Source: Aulosira sp. ZfuVER01
GTDB taxonomy: Bacteria > Cyanobacteriota > Cyanobacteriia > Cyanobacteriales > Nostocaceae
DNA length: 64,000 nt
NCBI GenBank assembly: GCA_034530615.2
Contig: JAVRCV020000032.1
Span: 64,001 to 128,000 of the forward strand
Direction: 5' to 3'
The notes under the pieces were generated by a model that saw nothing but the letters and a program-made list of their open reading frames with translations, was not told the DNA's origin and ran no database searches. Both the position numbers and the translations under genes were made by a program. Below are positions 51,254 to 60,961 of this stretch, in pieces. Position 1 is the stretch's first letter, and each line of letters starts with the position of its first letter.

Positions 51254-51979
51254 ATGACTAAATCAAGTAGCGATAAATTCATTCCCGGTTTGGTACAAGA
51301 GTTACAAGAATTTGCTTTCAGTCAAGCAGGCTCAACAAAAATTTTGCGAATACTTGGCTATGGACTGCTGCTATTAGCATTGTTCGATGTCGCTGAGATG
51401 CTGTTTCCACCAAGATTTATGAATCCTGTTTGGGAATTTCAGACTTTCGGCGCACTCGTGGAACGAGTACCTGTGCCTTTAATTGGTTTAGCGCTGATAT
51501 TTTATGGAGAATTTCATTCTCGAAGCAAATGGGAATTCCTGAGTGTAAAACTTTTATCTTGGTTAACTTTATTGTTAGCTGTAGTCTTTTTGTTACTAAT
51601 ACCTTTAGGAATTGGTAACACTGTTCGTCTCAGTAAACAAAGTGCTGCGCAGATTACTAATGTATCTAAACAACAACTATCTCAAGCGGAACAGGTAGAA
51701 CAGCGACTTAGTGAAGCTACACCAGAACAAATAAATAATTTATTGAGGTCACAAGGTCGTTCATTGCAAGGTAAAAGTACCCAAGAAGTCAAAACTCAAA
51801 TCTTATCAGAAGTCTCTAAGGCTAAATCACAAATTAAAACCCAAGCACAAGCTACTGAATCTTCTCAGCGTCTAAACTTACTCAAGAATTCTGTTAAATG
51901 GAACCTTGGAGCTTTAGTTTCCGCAGCTTTATTTTTTAGCTTTTGGAAAGCAACTCAATGGGCAAGAATCAGTAGGTGA
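51254..51979 (+). CDS. HpsJ-like membrane protein (cyanoexosortase-associated)
   Basis: GYGLLLLALFD, PPRFMNPVWEFQTFGALVERVPVPLIGL, Gln-rich coiled coil, LLKNSVKWNLGAL. Confidence 0.82.
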   Translation: MTKSSSDKFIPGLVQELQEFAFSQAGSTKILRILGYGLLLLALFDVAEMLFPPRFMNPVWEFQTFGALVERVPVPLIGLALIFYGEFHSRSKWEFLSVKLLSWLTLLLAVVFLLLIPLGIGNTVRLSKQSAAQITNVSKQQLSQAEQVEQRLSEATPEQINNLLRSQGRSLQGKSTQEVKTQILSEVSKAKSQIKTQAQATESSQRLNLLKNSVKWNLGALVSAALFFSFWKATQWARISR

Positions 51980-52062
51980 TAATAATATAAAAACTTTGTC
52001 AACGCCTGAATTTTTGAGAAATTTTCTATCAAAATTCAGATAGCATAAGCCTCTGTAAAAAA

Positions 52063-52086
52063 GTAGGGTGGGCATTGCCCACCCTA
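52063..52086. repeat. GTAG-type REP-like palindrome between convergent genes
   Basis: GTAGGGTGGGCA-T-TGCCCACCCTA; degenerate relatives at 17975, 43945, 46892 and 48660. Confidence 0.78.
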
Positions 52087-52117
52087 TGTTCTTGTATTAT
52101 CGTTAATTCAAAATAGG

Positions 52118-52825
52118 TTACACTTTAGCTAGTTCTGGTGTAGGACGTTTACTGTTGCGAATTGCTGTAATTGCCTCAGCATAATCCGGAGCGTTAAATA
52201 CAGCTGAACCAGCAACGATCGCATTAGCTCCAGCTTCCAAAACCTGCCAAGTATTATTGGCTTTGAGTCCGCCATCGACTTCAATCCAAGGATCGAGTCC
52301 GCGTTCATCACACATCTGACGCAACTGGCGAATTTTGGGCACTACAGCTGGAATAAAGCTTTGTCCCCCAAAACCAGGGTTGACGCTCATAATCAGGATT
52401 AAATCGCAGAGTTCCAGTACATACTCAATAAATTCCAAGGGTGTGGAAGGATTAAGTACAACTCCTGCTTTTTTACCCAGTTCTTTAATTTGTCCGAGAG
52501 TGCGGTGCAGGTGCGGCGAAGCATTATGTTCAGCGTGTACGGAGATAATATCAGCACCTGCTTTGGCGAAGCCTTCTACATACTTTTCTGGCTCCACAAT
52601 CATTAAGTGGACATCCAATGGCTTCGTTGTCACCGGGCGAATCGCCTCCACAACCAGAGGACCTATTGTAATATTAGGTACAAAACGACCGTCCATTACA
52701 TCAACATGAATCCAATCTGCTCCCGCAGCGTCAACAGCGCGAACTTCGTCACCTAAACGGCTAAAATCGGCTGATAGGATAGACGGAGCAATCACAATGG
52801 GCTTTTTAGATAGGTTTTGGGTCAT
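52118..52825 (-). CDS. rpe: Ribulose-phosphate 3-epimerase
   Basis: [44 protein letters not shown] at 52825. Confidence 0.97.
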   Translation of the reverse strand: MTQNLSKKPIVIAPSILSADFSRLGDEVRAVDAAGADWIHVDVMDGRFVPNITIGPLVVEAIRPVTTKPLDVHLMIVEPEKYVEGFAKAGADIISVHAEHNASPHLHRTLGQIKELGKKAGVVLNPSTPLEFIEYVLELCDLILIMSVNPGFGGQSFIPAVVPKIRQLRQMCDERGLDPWIEVDGGLKANNTWQVLEAGANAIVAGSAVFNAPDYAEAITAIRNSKRPTPELAKV

Positions 52826-52970
52826 GGTTAGTGGGTTTTCAAGCATCCTCGTCTGTAAGCATTGTAACAAAATATTTAGCAATCGCTCATAAATTTGATC
52901 TTGGTTTTATGAGGGCAAGAGGGATGAGGGGACACGGGGACAAATGACAAATGACAAATAACTATTGACT

Positions 52971-54587
52971 ATGAATAAAAAACTAATTTGGCTATTTTGG
53001 GGACTGAGTGCTTCTTGTTTGAGTGCGCCAGTATTAGCTTCAGCTTTACAATCTTCTTTAGGAACCAACGGTATTGATGCTCTCAGGCTACATCAACCTC
53101 CTTATAATTTAAGCGGTCGCAAGATTGCCATTGGTCAGGTGGAAATTGGGCGTCCGGGAATGTTTGGTTGGGATAAAGCAGTGTCTAAAAATCGTTCTGT
53201 ATCCCTAGCCGGCATTTTCTTACGCAATAGTCCAGCTAAATCAAATAGTGGTGTTGACCCTCATGCTTATAATGTTGCTAGTGTGATGGTTAGTCAAGAT
53301 AAAGCTTTGCCGGGAGTTTCCCCAGAAGCGCGATTGTATTCTTCGGCTGTTGGCTCAACCAAAAACATGGGACAACCAGAAGAGTGTTTATCGGCACAAC
53401 ACATTGCACTTCAAAATTCTGGTGATATTCGTGCCATTAATTTTAGTTTTGGTGAACCTCTAAACCGCGATCCGCGTCCTGAAGCTATTTTAGATGGAAA
53501 TGCTTTACTTACCCTCTGTATTGATTGGTCTAGCCGTGTTCATGATGTCTTGTATGCGATCGCAGGCAACCAGGGGAAAGGCGGTATTCCTATTCCTACA
53601 GATAATTTTAATGGAGTAAACGTGGCTTTTTCATCCCGCCGAGAAGGGATTTTTAATAAAGTTGACGTTTCTAACCTCGCAAGTGCTTACCAGAGAGTAG
53701 GCGGTAGGCTAGCTGGGAAGGAGTTTAATATTGGTGGGCGTGGTGCTATCAGTTTAGTTGCGCCTGGTAATAATATATCTCTGCTCAATCCCGATGGTAA
53801 AGTCAATAAGGTTACGGGTACAAGTTTTGCCGCACCTCACGTTACAGGTACTGTAGCTTTATTACAGGAATTTGGCGATCGCCAGTTGCGCACCCAACAA
53901 CCTCACTGGAGTATCGATTCTCGCCGTCACCAGGTAATGAAAGCTGTATTGCTCAATTCCGCAGACAAGCTTAAAGACAGCGGTGATGGCTTGCGCTTAG
54001 GAATGACCCGAACAATTATTGATAAACAAAATCAAGATTGGCTTGCTTCTAATGCTTATCAAGACCCAAAAATTCCCTTAGATTCCCAAATCGGAGCCGG
54101 CCATTTAAATGCATTTCGCGCTTATCAGCAATTTAGCGCAGGTCAATGGCAACCATCAACTCCTGTACCTGCTATTGGTTGGGATTACCGGATAGTGAAT
54201 ACGCTTGCGCCTGTAGAATATGGGCTAGCAAAACCTTTAAAACAAGGAAGTTTTGTCGCGATTACTTTGACTTGGGACCGATTGGTAGAGCTAGATGATA
54301 AGAATAAAAATGAGCTTTATGATATCGGAGATACATTCCGCGATCGCGGTTTGAATAACCTCGACCTCTATCTGGTAAAAACTGATGCTCAAAATCCAGA
54401 TGCTGGTACTGTTTGTTCGTCAATTAGCCAAGTTGATAGTGTAGAACACATTTTTTGTCCTATTCCTGCTAATGGGAATTACAAAATCCGCGTCCAAATG
54501 CGCCAACAAGTCAACGAAGCCACTCAACCCTACGCTTTAGCTTGGTGGACTGTACCTGTTAGTTCTATTGGGGAATTTAAAAAATAA
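52971..54587 (+). CDS. S8 (subtilase) family serine peptidase
   Basis: Signal peptide, IGQVEIGRP, DPHAYNVA, AGN oxyanion Asn, GTSFAAPHV. Confidence 0.88.
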   Translation: MNKKLIWLFWGLSASCLSAPVLASALQSSLGTNGIDALRLHQPPYNLSGRKIAIGQVEIGRPGMFGWDKAVSKNRSVSLAGIFLRNSPAKSNSGVDPHAYNVASVMVSQDKALPGVSPEARLYSSAVGSTKNMGQPEECLSAQHIALQNSGDIRAINFSFGEPLNRDPRPEAILDGNALLTLCIDWSSRVHDVLYAIAGNQGKGGIPIPTDNFNGVNVAFSSRREGIFNKVDVSNLASAYQRVGGRLAGKEFNIGGRGAISLVAPGNNISLLNPDGKVNKVTGTSFAAPHVTGTVALLQEFGDRQLRTQQPHWSIDSRRHQVMKAVLLNSADKLKDSGDGLRLGMTRTIIDKQNQDWLASNAYQDPKIPLDSQIGAGHLNAFRAYQQFSAGQWQPSTPVPAIGWDYRIVNTLAPVEYGLAKPLKQGSFVAITLTWDRLVELDDKNKNELYDIGDTFRDRGLNNLDLYLVKTDAQNPDAGTVCSSISQVDSVEHIFCPIPANGNYKIRVQMRQQVNEATQPYALAWWTVPVSSIGEFKK

Positions 54588-55246
54588 ATAGGGTTAAGGT
54601 TCGAGGGTCAAGGGTCAATAGGTAATAGTGATTTTTATTTCTCCCTAATCTACCTCATCCTCCTTGTCCCCTGCTCCCTGCTCTGTCTTCCTTGTCTTCA
54701 CAATTTTGTAGTTAGCAATTTAGTACTTTAAAAGATAATGAGGGGTTTTACCCAACATACTGTTATGCTGAACATCTGCTATTGAGTAAATCATTAGGTG
54801 GGTTACTACTTTTTTCAATTCTGCAAACAATTACCAACGCATTTATCCAGGCAAAATTTAGCGATAGGTAAAAAGTATTTATACTTGTTCTAGGATAGCA
54901 AAGTCTCCCTCACACGAGAGAAGCTTTGCATAGAATTCAAAACCAAATTATTAAATTTATTGATTGCTAAAAACCCAAAGCCAAGTAACCATTCTTTTTT
55001 TGTAGTTTAAAATACTTTTATCGAAAAATCAGGAAATAATTAATAATCAATTATGTGTATTGCCTATTCAATTAGCCAAGAGTAGCTTGCACAAGTTCCA
55101 TTGAATTCATGCAAATGATTTGCTGTTACCAAAACTGTAACAGCCCAGTTATTTTGCCGTTTGAAATGCCATAGTTAACAATTGATACGTCATTAGCGTC
55201 AATCTTAAAAGACGGCTAAAAAATCTATGGCGAACGAGGTGGCAGA

Positions 55247-56575
55247 ATGACTCAGCAGAAATTTAGTGGTGTGAAAGACAATTTCTTGCAAAGACGTTAC
55301 GGTGTTCGGTTAGGAAGACGTTATGTGCTGGCGGCTGCTGGCGTTGTACTTTTGGGTGTATTAGGCTGTTCTCATGTCAATGGCGATCCGAGTGCAATGG
55401 CCCAATCTAGTTTGCCTAATTCAGAGTTACCCTTGTCAAAAAAAACTGCTGCCCCCGATCCAAAATTAGTTAATGCTAACAATAAATTTGGCTTCAAACT
55501 ATTTTCGGAAGTTCAAAGAAACGAAAGTAGTGAAAAGAACGTTTTTGTTTCTCCTTCGAGTGTAGCGATCGCTTTGGCTATGACCTACAATGGCGCTAGC
55601 GGCTCTACACAAAAAGCTATGGCGAAAACCCTGGAATTACAGGGTATGAATTTGTCAGAAATTAACTCATCTTACGCAGCATTAAAGCAGCTGTTAGAAA
55701 ATCCTGATGCTAACGTCAAACTGACTATTGCTAACTCGCTTTGGGCTAATAAAGACGCTACATTACAGCCAGATTTTCTCCAGAAAAACCAGGAATTCTA
55801 TAAAGCTCAGGTAACAAATTTAAATTTTCAAGATGCGGGAGCACCCAATACTATCAATAATTGGGTCAAAGATAATACCCAAGGAAAAATCAACAAAATA
55901 GTTGATAGGATTGAGCCAGATCAGATGCTATTTCTAATTAACGCTATATATTTTAAAGGACAATGGAGCAACGAATTTAATAAAAGCAAAACTGCTACAT
56001 TGCCTTTTTATCTAGCATCTGGCAAACAAAAACAACACCCAATGATGTCGCAAGATGGTGACTATAGATACCAAGAAAATGAAAAATTTCAAGCAGTAAG
56101 TTTACCTTATGGCAAAGATGGTAAAGTCAGCTTTTATATCTTTCTGCCTAAACAAAACTCCAACCTACAAGCCTTCTATCAAAACTTGAATGCTGAAAAC
56201 TGGGAAAAATGGATGACTCAATTCCGGCGGCGGGAAGGATCGATTCGTTTACCTCGGTTTAAAACAGACTACGACGTTACCCTCAACGATGCATTAAAAG
56301 CTTTAGGTATGGGGGAAGCTTTTACCAAACAAGCTAATTTCTCTGGTATCGGTAAAAACCTGGCAATTAGCCAGGTGATGCATAAAACCTTTGTGGAAGT
56401 CAACGAAGAGGGCACTGAAGCCGCAGCCGCAACTTCAGTAGGAATAGTGGCAACATCTGCTACTCAAAAACCAGAACCATTCAAAATGATTGTTGACCGT
56501 CCCTTCTTTTGTGCTATTCGGGATAATCAGACAGGTAGCGTGTTGTTTATGGGTTCAATTATGGAACCGCAGTAA
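55247..56575 (+). CDS. Serpin (serine protease inhibitor), predicted lipoprotein
   Basis: VLGC lipobox, NVFVSPSS, NAIYFKGQW, EEGTEAAAAT hinge, DRPFF. Confidence 0.95.
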   Translation: MTQQKFSGVKDNFLQRRYGVRLGRRYVLAAAGVVLLGVLGCSHVNGDPSAMAQSSLPNSELPLSKKTAAPDPKLVNANNKFGFKLFSEVQRNESSEKNVFVSPSSVAIALAMTYNGASGSTQKAMAKTLELQGMNLSEINSSYAALKQLLENPDANVKLTIANSLWANKDATLQPDFLQKNQEFYKAQVTNLNFQDAGAPNTINNWVKDNTQGKINKIVDRIEPDQMLFLINAIYFKGQWSNEFNKSKTATLPFYLASGKQKQHPMMSQDGDYRYQENEKFQAVSLPYGKDGKVSFYIFLPKQNSNLQAFYQNLNAENWEKWMTQFRRREGSIRLPRFKTDYDVTLNDALKALGMGEAFTKQANFSGIGKNLAISQVMHKTFVEVNEEGTEAAAATSVGIVATSATQKPEPFKMIVDRPFFCAIRDNQTGSVLFMGSIMEPQ

Positions 56576-56576
56576 A

Positions 56577-56608
56577 CAATTCAAAATTCAAAATTCAAAA
56601 TTCAAAAT
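56577..56608. repeat. Heptamer tract (AATTCAA)n
   Basis: CAATTCAAAATTCAAAATTCAAAATTCAAAAT; reverse complement of the tract at 14761-14790. Confidence 0.85.
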
Positions 56609-56657
56609 AATTGCTTTTGAATGAACCTTCTACACATCTGACTTCTGCCTTCTTACA

Positions 56658-57836
56658 CTACGGTGAAGTAGCTTCTGATACGCTCAGGGGATTTTTCGCT
56701 TCAGCTTTTGGGGATACTTCTGGTGCAACAGGTGCAGCTATTTCCCCGGAATTGGCATACTCATCATTATCGCCGCTCAGTGCCACAGGACGTATGACAC
56801 TGATAGCGGTTTTAATCACTACAGCAGTGGGTACTGCCACAATTACACCTAGAAGACCCCCAATTCTCGCCCCTGTCAATACTGAAATTACTACCAAAGC
56901 TGGGTTTAAACCTGTAAAGCTCCCTAAAATCCGGGGAGCAATTAAATTTTCTAGAATTTGCTGGACGATAACTGCTGCCATTAAAACTCTTGCCCCCATC
57001 CAGAAATCTTGTAGCGACACCAATAAAGTAGTCAGGGCAATGCCGACAGAACCGCCAAAGGGGACGAGAGCCATGATGCCAATAGTTAAGCCAAATAACA
57101 AGCCAAATGGCACTTTTAACCACAAAAATGTGGGGATGAGAGCTGATGCCATACAGGTAGATAAAATCAGCTGAGTGATAAAGAAATTTTGAAAGCTCAG
57201 GCGTACTGTTTGAGAGAAAGGCTCACGAAATCTCGAGGGTAGCCATTCTACTAAACTTTGCCAGAGTTCACCCCCATGCTGTAAAAGATAGAAAGTCAAA
57301 ATCATTGTCAAGACGAAATCTAGCAAACTAGTGACTGTAACTACAGCTAGATTTAAAACTTGTCCAGCGATCGCTTGCAATTGTCCCTTGACGCGATCGT
57401 TAATTTGCACAACTAGAGCATCAAGATTAATCGGTAAGCCAAAAACTTCTGCTTTCTCGTTTAACAGCATTAACTGGGAACGTCCCGAGTCAATCAACTC
57501 TGGTAAGCGAGCCACTAGTTGCTGTGCTTGAGTAAGGGCTAGCGGAAACAGGGTGACACCCAACGCTAATAAAATTGATAAAGCCAATAAAAAGACTAAA
57601 ATAGCAACCGGCTCTCGCCTAGCACCGTGACGCTCCATCCAGCTAACGGGGTAGTTGAGCAGAAATGCTAGCACTGAGGCTCCGACTAAAATAACTATCA
57701 AGGAATGGAAATAACTAAAAATTGACGAAATTGCCCAACCATTAAGCACTAACAGCGGAATGAATAACGCGATCGCTCCGATCCGCGCTATGGGTGTTAG
57801 TGTTTCCCACCAGTCGAGTAGCTTGCGTGTCTGCAT
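56658..57836 (-). CDS. AI-2E family transporter (PerM/UPF0118)
   Basis: LAFLLNYPVSW, LVPFGG, QQILENLIAPRILG, GGLLGVIVAVP. Confidence 0.9.
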   Translation of the reverse strand: MQTRKLLDWWETLTPIARIGAIALFIPLLVLNGWAISSIFSYFHSLIVILVGASVLAFLLNYPVSWMERHGARREPVAILVFLLALSILLALGVTLFPLALTQAQQLVARLPELIDSGRSQLMLLNEKAEVFGLPINLDALVVQINDRVKGQLQAIAGQVLNLAVVTVTSLLDFVLTMILTFYLLQHGGELWQSLVEWLPSRFREPFSQTVRLSFQNFFITQLILSTCMASALIPTFLWLKVPFGLLFGLTIGIMALVPFGGSVGIALTTLLVSLQDFWMGARVLMAAVIVQQILENLIAPRILGSFTGLNPALVVISVLTGARIGGLLGVIVAVPTAVVIKTAISVIRPVALSGDNDEYANSGEIAAPVAPEVSPKAEAKNPLSVSEATSP

Positions 57837-57945
57837 CTTTAGCCGATTACAGGATAGAACTAAATAAAAATCCTTCTTTACAGCTTATTATCTCTAACTA
57901 CATAACTCTCATTCATCCTCCTAGTTTAGGATTAGACTCAACCAA

Positions 57946-58425
57946 ATGGAAAATTTTCAATCAAATCACAATTCACCTGCATCTGAGTCAAGAGATGGGG
58001 AGACAAGGGGACACGGAGACGCGGTGAAAGGATTCTCCGCGTCTTCATCATCCCAATTCCTCGACCCCGATCAAAACTCAGCCACCCCTAAAACCGAGCT
58101 GCTTATCTATCTGATTCCAGTGATTGGCTTTTTCCCCTCTTTGTGGACTCTCTATCGCCGTCAAGGAAGTCGGGAACAACTAGCTGCTAGCCGCCTGTCT
58201 ATTACTTTGGCATTTACCTGGTTTTTGGGATATCTTTTATTAGCAACCGGGGCTGAGACTTCAGAATTTTTGGGACTGCGACTATTAATCCTCAATACTT
58301 TTCTCACTTCTGGGTACTTTTTAGTGAGTGTTTGGTTGATTTTTCGTCTCATTCAGGGCAAATCTAGCCGTTTGCCAGGGTTTAGTCGGGTTGCCGAGCG
58401 AGTGGTTGGGAAGTATTTATCTTAA
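57946..58425 (+). CDS. Conserved hypothetical membrane protein
   Basis: YLIPVIGFFPSLWTLY and two more TM helices. The N-terminus incorporates a GGACACGGAGACGCGG repeat. Confidence 0.7.
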   Translation: MENFQSNHNSPASESRDGETRGHGDAVKGFSASSSSQFLDPDQNSATPKTELLIYLIPVIGFFPSLWTLYRRQGSREQLAASRLSITLAFTWFLGYLLLATGAETSEFLGLRLLILNTFLTSGYFLVSVWLIFRLIQGKSSRLPGFSRVAERVVGKYLS

Positions 58426-58701
58426 TGTCTAAGTAATAATTAGGTCAGTAGTTTTACTTAATTCTTTCGCAAATTCGAGATTATATCTCAAGGGATCTGG
58501 TCAAAGTCCTTTATTGTTGTCATACTGCAATAACACATCATCCAATTTGTCGAAAAAAAAGAAAAAGACTGCTATAAGTGTTGTGGTTGACACAACAATG
58601 AAAAAGTTAGCACTAATAATTAAGAATTAGCTATTATGGTTTGATTTGTCTGCATATTTATTAGTCTGCAAATGTACCGAATTTGATCAGTAAGTGTGAG
58701 G

Positions 58702-60132
58702 ATGTCTGTGACCACTCAAAGAACTTCGGCGGAAGAGAACCCTTCGGCAAACGTTGCCAAAGATAACAAAAAAAAGCCCCAAAATTCTAAATCAGGACGT
58801 TGGTTGTGGTTTTGGGTAGGTATGAGCGGTATTGCGATGGTTTCAGCTACAGCAGGAGCGCTGTTGGCCGTTTCTTTAACCAGTACGCCTTTACAACAAG
58901 CCCAACTTAGCCCCCAAGAAGAAGCAGTATTCGATGGCGATCGCATTTCTGGCGGTGGGTTGCGATTTTCCGAATTAACTCGCCCTGTAAATATCTTAAT
59001 TATGGGGATGAGCGTACTCCCACCTGATATTCAAAATCCTCCCGCCGACACCAAAAATCTACGTTACCTACCTCAGGTCAACTCTTTTGATGGTCTTGCT
59101 GATGTCATGCTCTTGATCAAATTTGATCCAGAGACAAAAAAAATGACTATGCTTTCTATTCCCAGAGATACCCGCACACAAATAGAAGGGTATGGCGTGA
59201 AAAAAATTAATCATGCCAATATGGAAGGCGGGCCAGCTTTAACTGCCAAAACCGTCAGCAATCTTTTAAATGGAGTAGCAATCGATCGCTATATCCGAAT
59301 TAACGTTTTGGGAGTTGCTAAATTAATTGATGCTTTGGGCGGCGTTACAGCCTACGTCCCCAAAGATATGAAGTATCAAGATGATTCCCAGCATTTGTAC
59401 ATCAATTTGAAAGCAGGCAAACAGCATCTTAATGGCGATCAAGCACTGCAATTATTAAGGTTTCGCCATGATGAACTCGGAGATATTGGGCGGATTCAGC
59501 GGCAACAAATGGTACTCCGTGCTTTGATGGATCAGTCACTTAACTTGGGAACTGTGGCTAAATTGCCAAAAGTGCTTGATGTAGTTAAAGAACACATAGA
59601 TACTAACTTGACTGTCGAAGAGTTGGCAGCATTAGTAGGTTTTGGAGCGCGCACCAATCGCTCAAATATGCAGATGTTAATGGTTCCAGGTCGCTTTAGC
59701 GAGAAAGGTGAATTTGATGCTAGCTATTGGTTGCCAAACAGAAGTGCGATTGCCAAATTAATGGCACAACACTATGGTGTAGAATCAACGCAAGCACAAG
59801 AACAGCAAACTATTGAACCGAGTTCTGTGCGTGTAGCAATTCAAGATAGTACAGGTAGTGATTTCGCTACTCTACGGCCTTTAATCAAATCGTTAGAAAA
59901 AGCTGGATATCGCAATATTTATGTATCTAAGCCTTGGAGTGAACCTCTAGACGTAACTCACATTGTTGCTCAACAAGGTGATGGCAATAGCGCTACATCA
60001 ATTCGCGATATTTTGGGATTTGGCGAAGTACGTGTGGAAAGCACTGGTAATCTCGGTTCTGATATCAGTATTCAAGTGGGTCAGGATTGGTTACAACAAA
60101 AAGCTCTTCTAGAGAAATCTGCTCAACCTTGA
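58702..60132 (+). CDS. LCP (LytR-CpsA-Psr) family protein with C-terminal LytR_C domain
   Basis: TM anchor, DVMLL, LSIPRDT, KINHA, LRFRHDELGDIGRIQRQQ, ISIQVGQDW. Confidence 0.92.
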   Translation: MSVTTQRTSAEENPSANVAKDNKKKPQNSKSGRWLWFWVGMSGIAMVSATAGALLAVSLTSTPLQQAQLSPQEEAVFDGDRISGGGLRFSELTRPVNILIMGMSVLPPDIQNPPADTKNLRYLPQVNSFDGLADVMLLIKFDPETKKMTMLSIPRDTRTQIEGYGVKKINHANMEGGPALTAKTVSNLLNGVAIDRYIRINVLGVAKLIDALGGVTAYVPKDMKYQDDSQHLYINLKAGKQHLNGDQALQLLRFRHDELGDIGRIQRQQMVLRALMDQSLNLGTVAKLPKVLDVVKEHIDTNLTVEELAALVGFGARTNRSNMQMLMVPGRFSEKGEFDASYWLPNRSAIAKLMAQHYGVESTQAQEQQTIEPSSVRVAIQDSTGSDFATLRPLIKSLEKAGYRNIYVSKPWSEPLDVTHIVAQQGDGNSATSIRDILGFGEVRVESTGNLGSDISIQVGQDWLQQKALLEKSAQP

Positions 60133-60293
60133 GCTTGAATCTGACTCTGATGATGCAACAGTGATTAGTCTTTAATTATCAAGCTGCACTACTTAAATTA
60201 AAATTTGATTCTTGTTACGTTTCATGCCAACTTAGGCAAAATTCAAAAATGTTAATTCTCTCAAGGGTTAGACATACTGAATATCAGCATCAT

Positions 60294-60335
60294 TAAACAA
60301 AAAGGCGTGGGGAAAAACCTCACGCCTTTAGTTTA
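60294..60335. terminator. Bidirectional terminator-like hairpin
   Basis: AAAGGCGTGGGG-AAAAA-CCTCACGCCTTT with A/T flanks, between the LCP gene and a convergent small ORF. Confidence 0.7.
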
Positions 60336-60372
60336 TTAATTTCAAAATATCTCCTTGTAACTAATCTATTAT

Positions 60373-60525
60373 TTACCAATAATCTGCCATACCTTTTCTG
60401 TAAGGATCGCCTGTAAATGGTTGAACACCAATCACAGGATAAGCATCATCATTAGGGCCAAAAATTCGCATTGCAGCTTCAGAAATAAACTGGGTTATGC
60501 TAGCGATGATTCTGGAAATAGCCAT
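60373..60525 (-). CDS. Small 50-aa protein missed by the ORF track
   Basis: Hand translation MAISRIIASITQFISEAAMRIFGPNDDAYPVIGVQPFTGDPYRKGMADYW; AAGGGG upstream; terminator downstream. Confidence 0.72.
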   Translation of the reverse strand: MAISRIIASITQFISEAAMRIFGPNDDAYPVIGVQPFTGDPYRKGMADYW

Positions 60526-60897
60526 AATCTTAACCCCTTTTTAGAGTCGCTTTAATTGGTGATGTCTATACTTTAGTCTGATATGAGGTCCTAGCTTAAA
60601 TCCTCAATATATCAACAATCTCTGCAATAATTTTTCAGATATGTTTGCAATACTTAAGCTTATTTGTGAGTTTGACTTCTCTGTTTAATTCTAATTGTAA
60701 ATCAGCTATTTTTTAAACCCTACTCTTACAAAGATGCTGCTAATTTTTACGGGAAACTATCGTTACATTTCATTATACTTCTGGCAAGTAACTTTCTATA
60801 TTATTAGTTATAACTATTAAAAAATATTAAATAAACTATGAAAATTAGATTAATCTGACGCTATATTCCCAATAAATTGGAGAAACTCACCAATGGC

Positions 60898-60931
60898 TTG
60901 ACATTATTTATGGTGAAAGTTACCATAAATA
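60898..60931 (+). promoter_or_regulatory. Sigma70-type promoter overlapped by a palindromic NrtR-type operator
   Basis: TTGACA (60898-60903)-N17-TACCAT (60921-60926); perfect IR TATTTATGGT-N7-ACCATAAATA (60905-60931); nrtR lies in the downstream operon. Confidence 0.8.
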
Positions 60932-60961
60932 TAACAAGCATTCTTGTAAGGACGCTCGGGC

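Noticed and set aside
56611..57174. 187-aa plus-strand ORF (and similar antisense ORFs within phoD, dusB, rpe, rpiA, uvrB and the methyltransferase)
   Set aside because: Shadow frames opposite well-supported genes, with no motifs of their own
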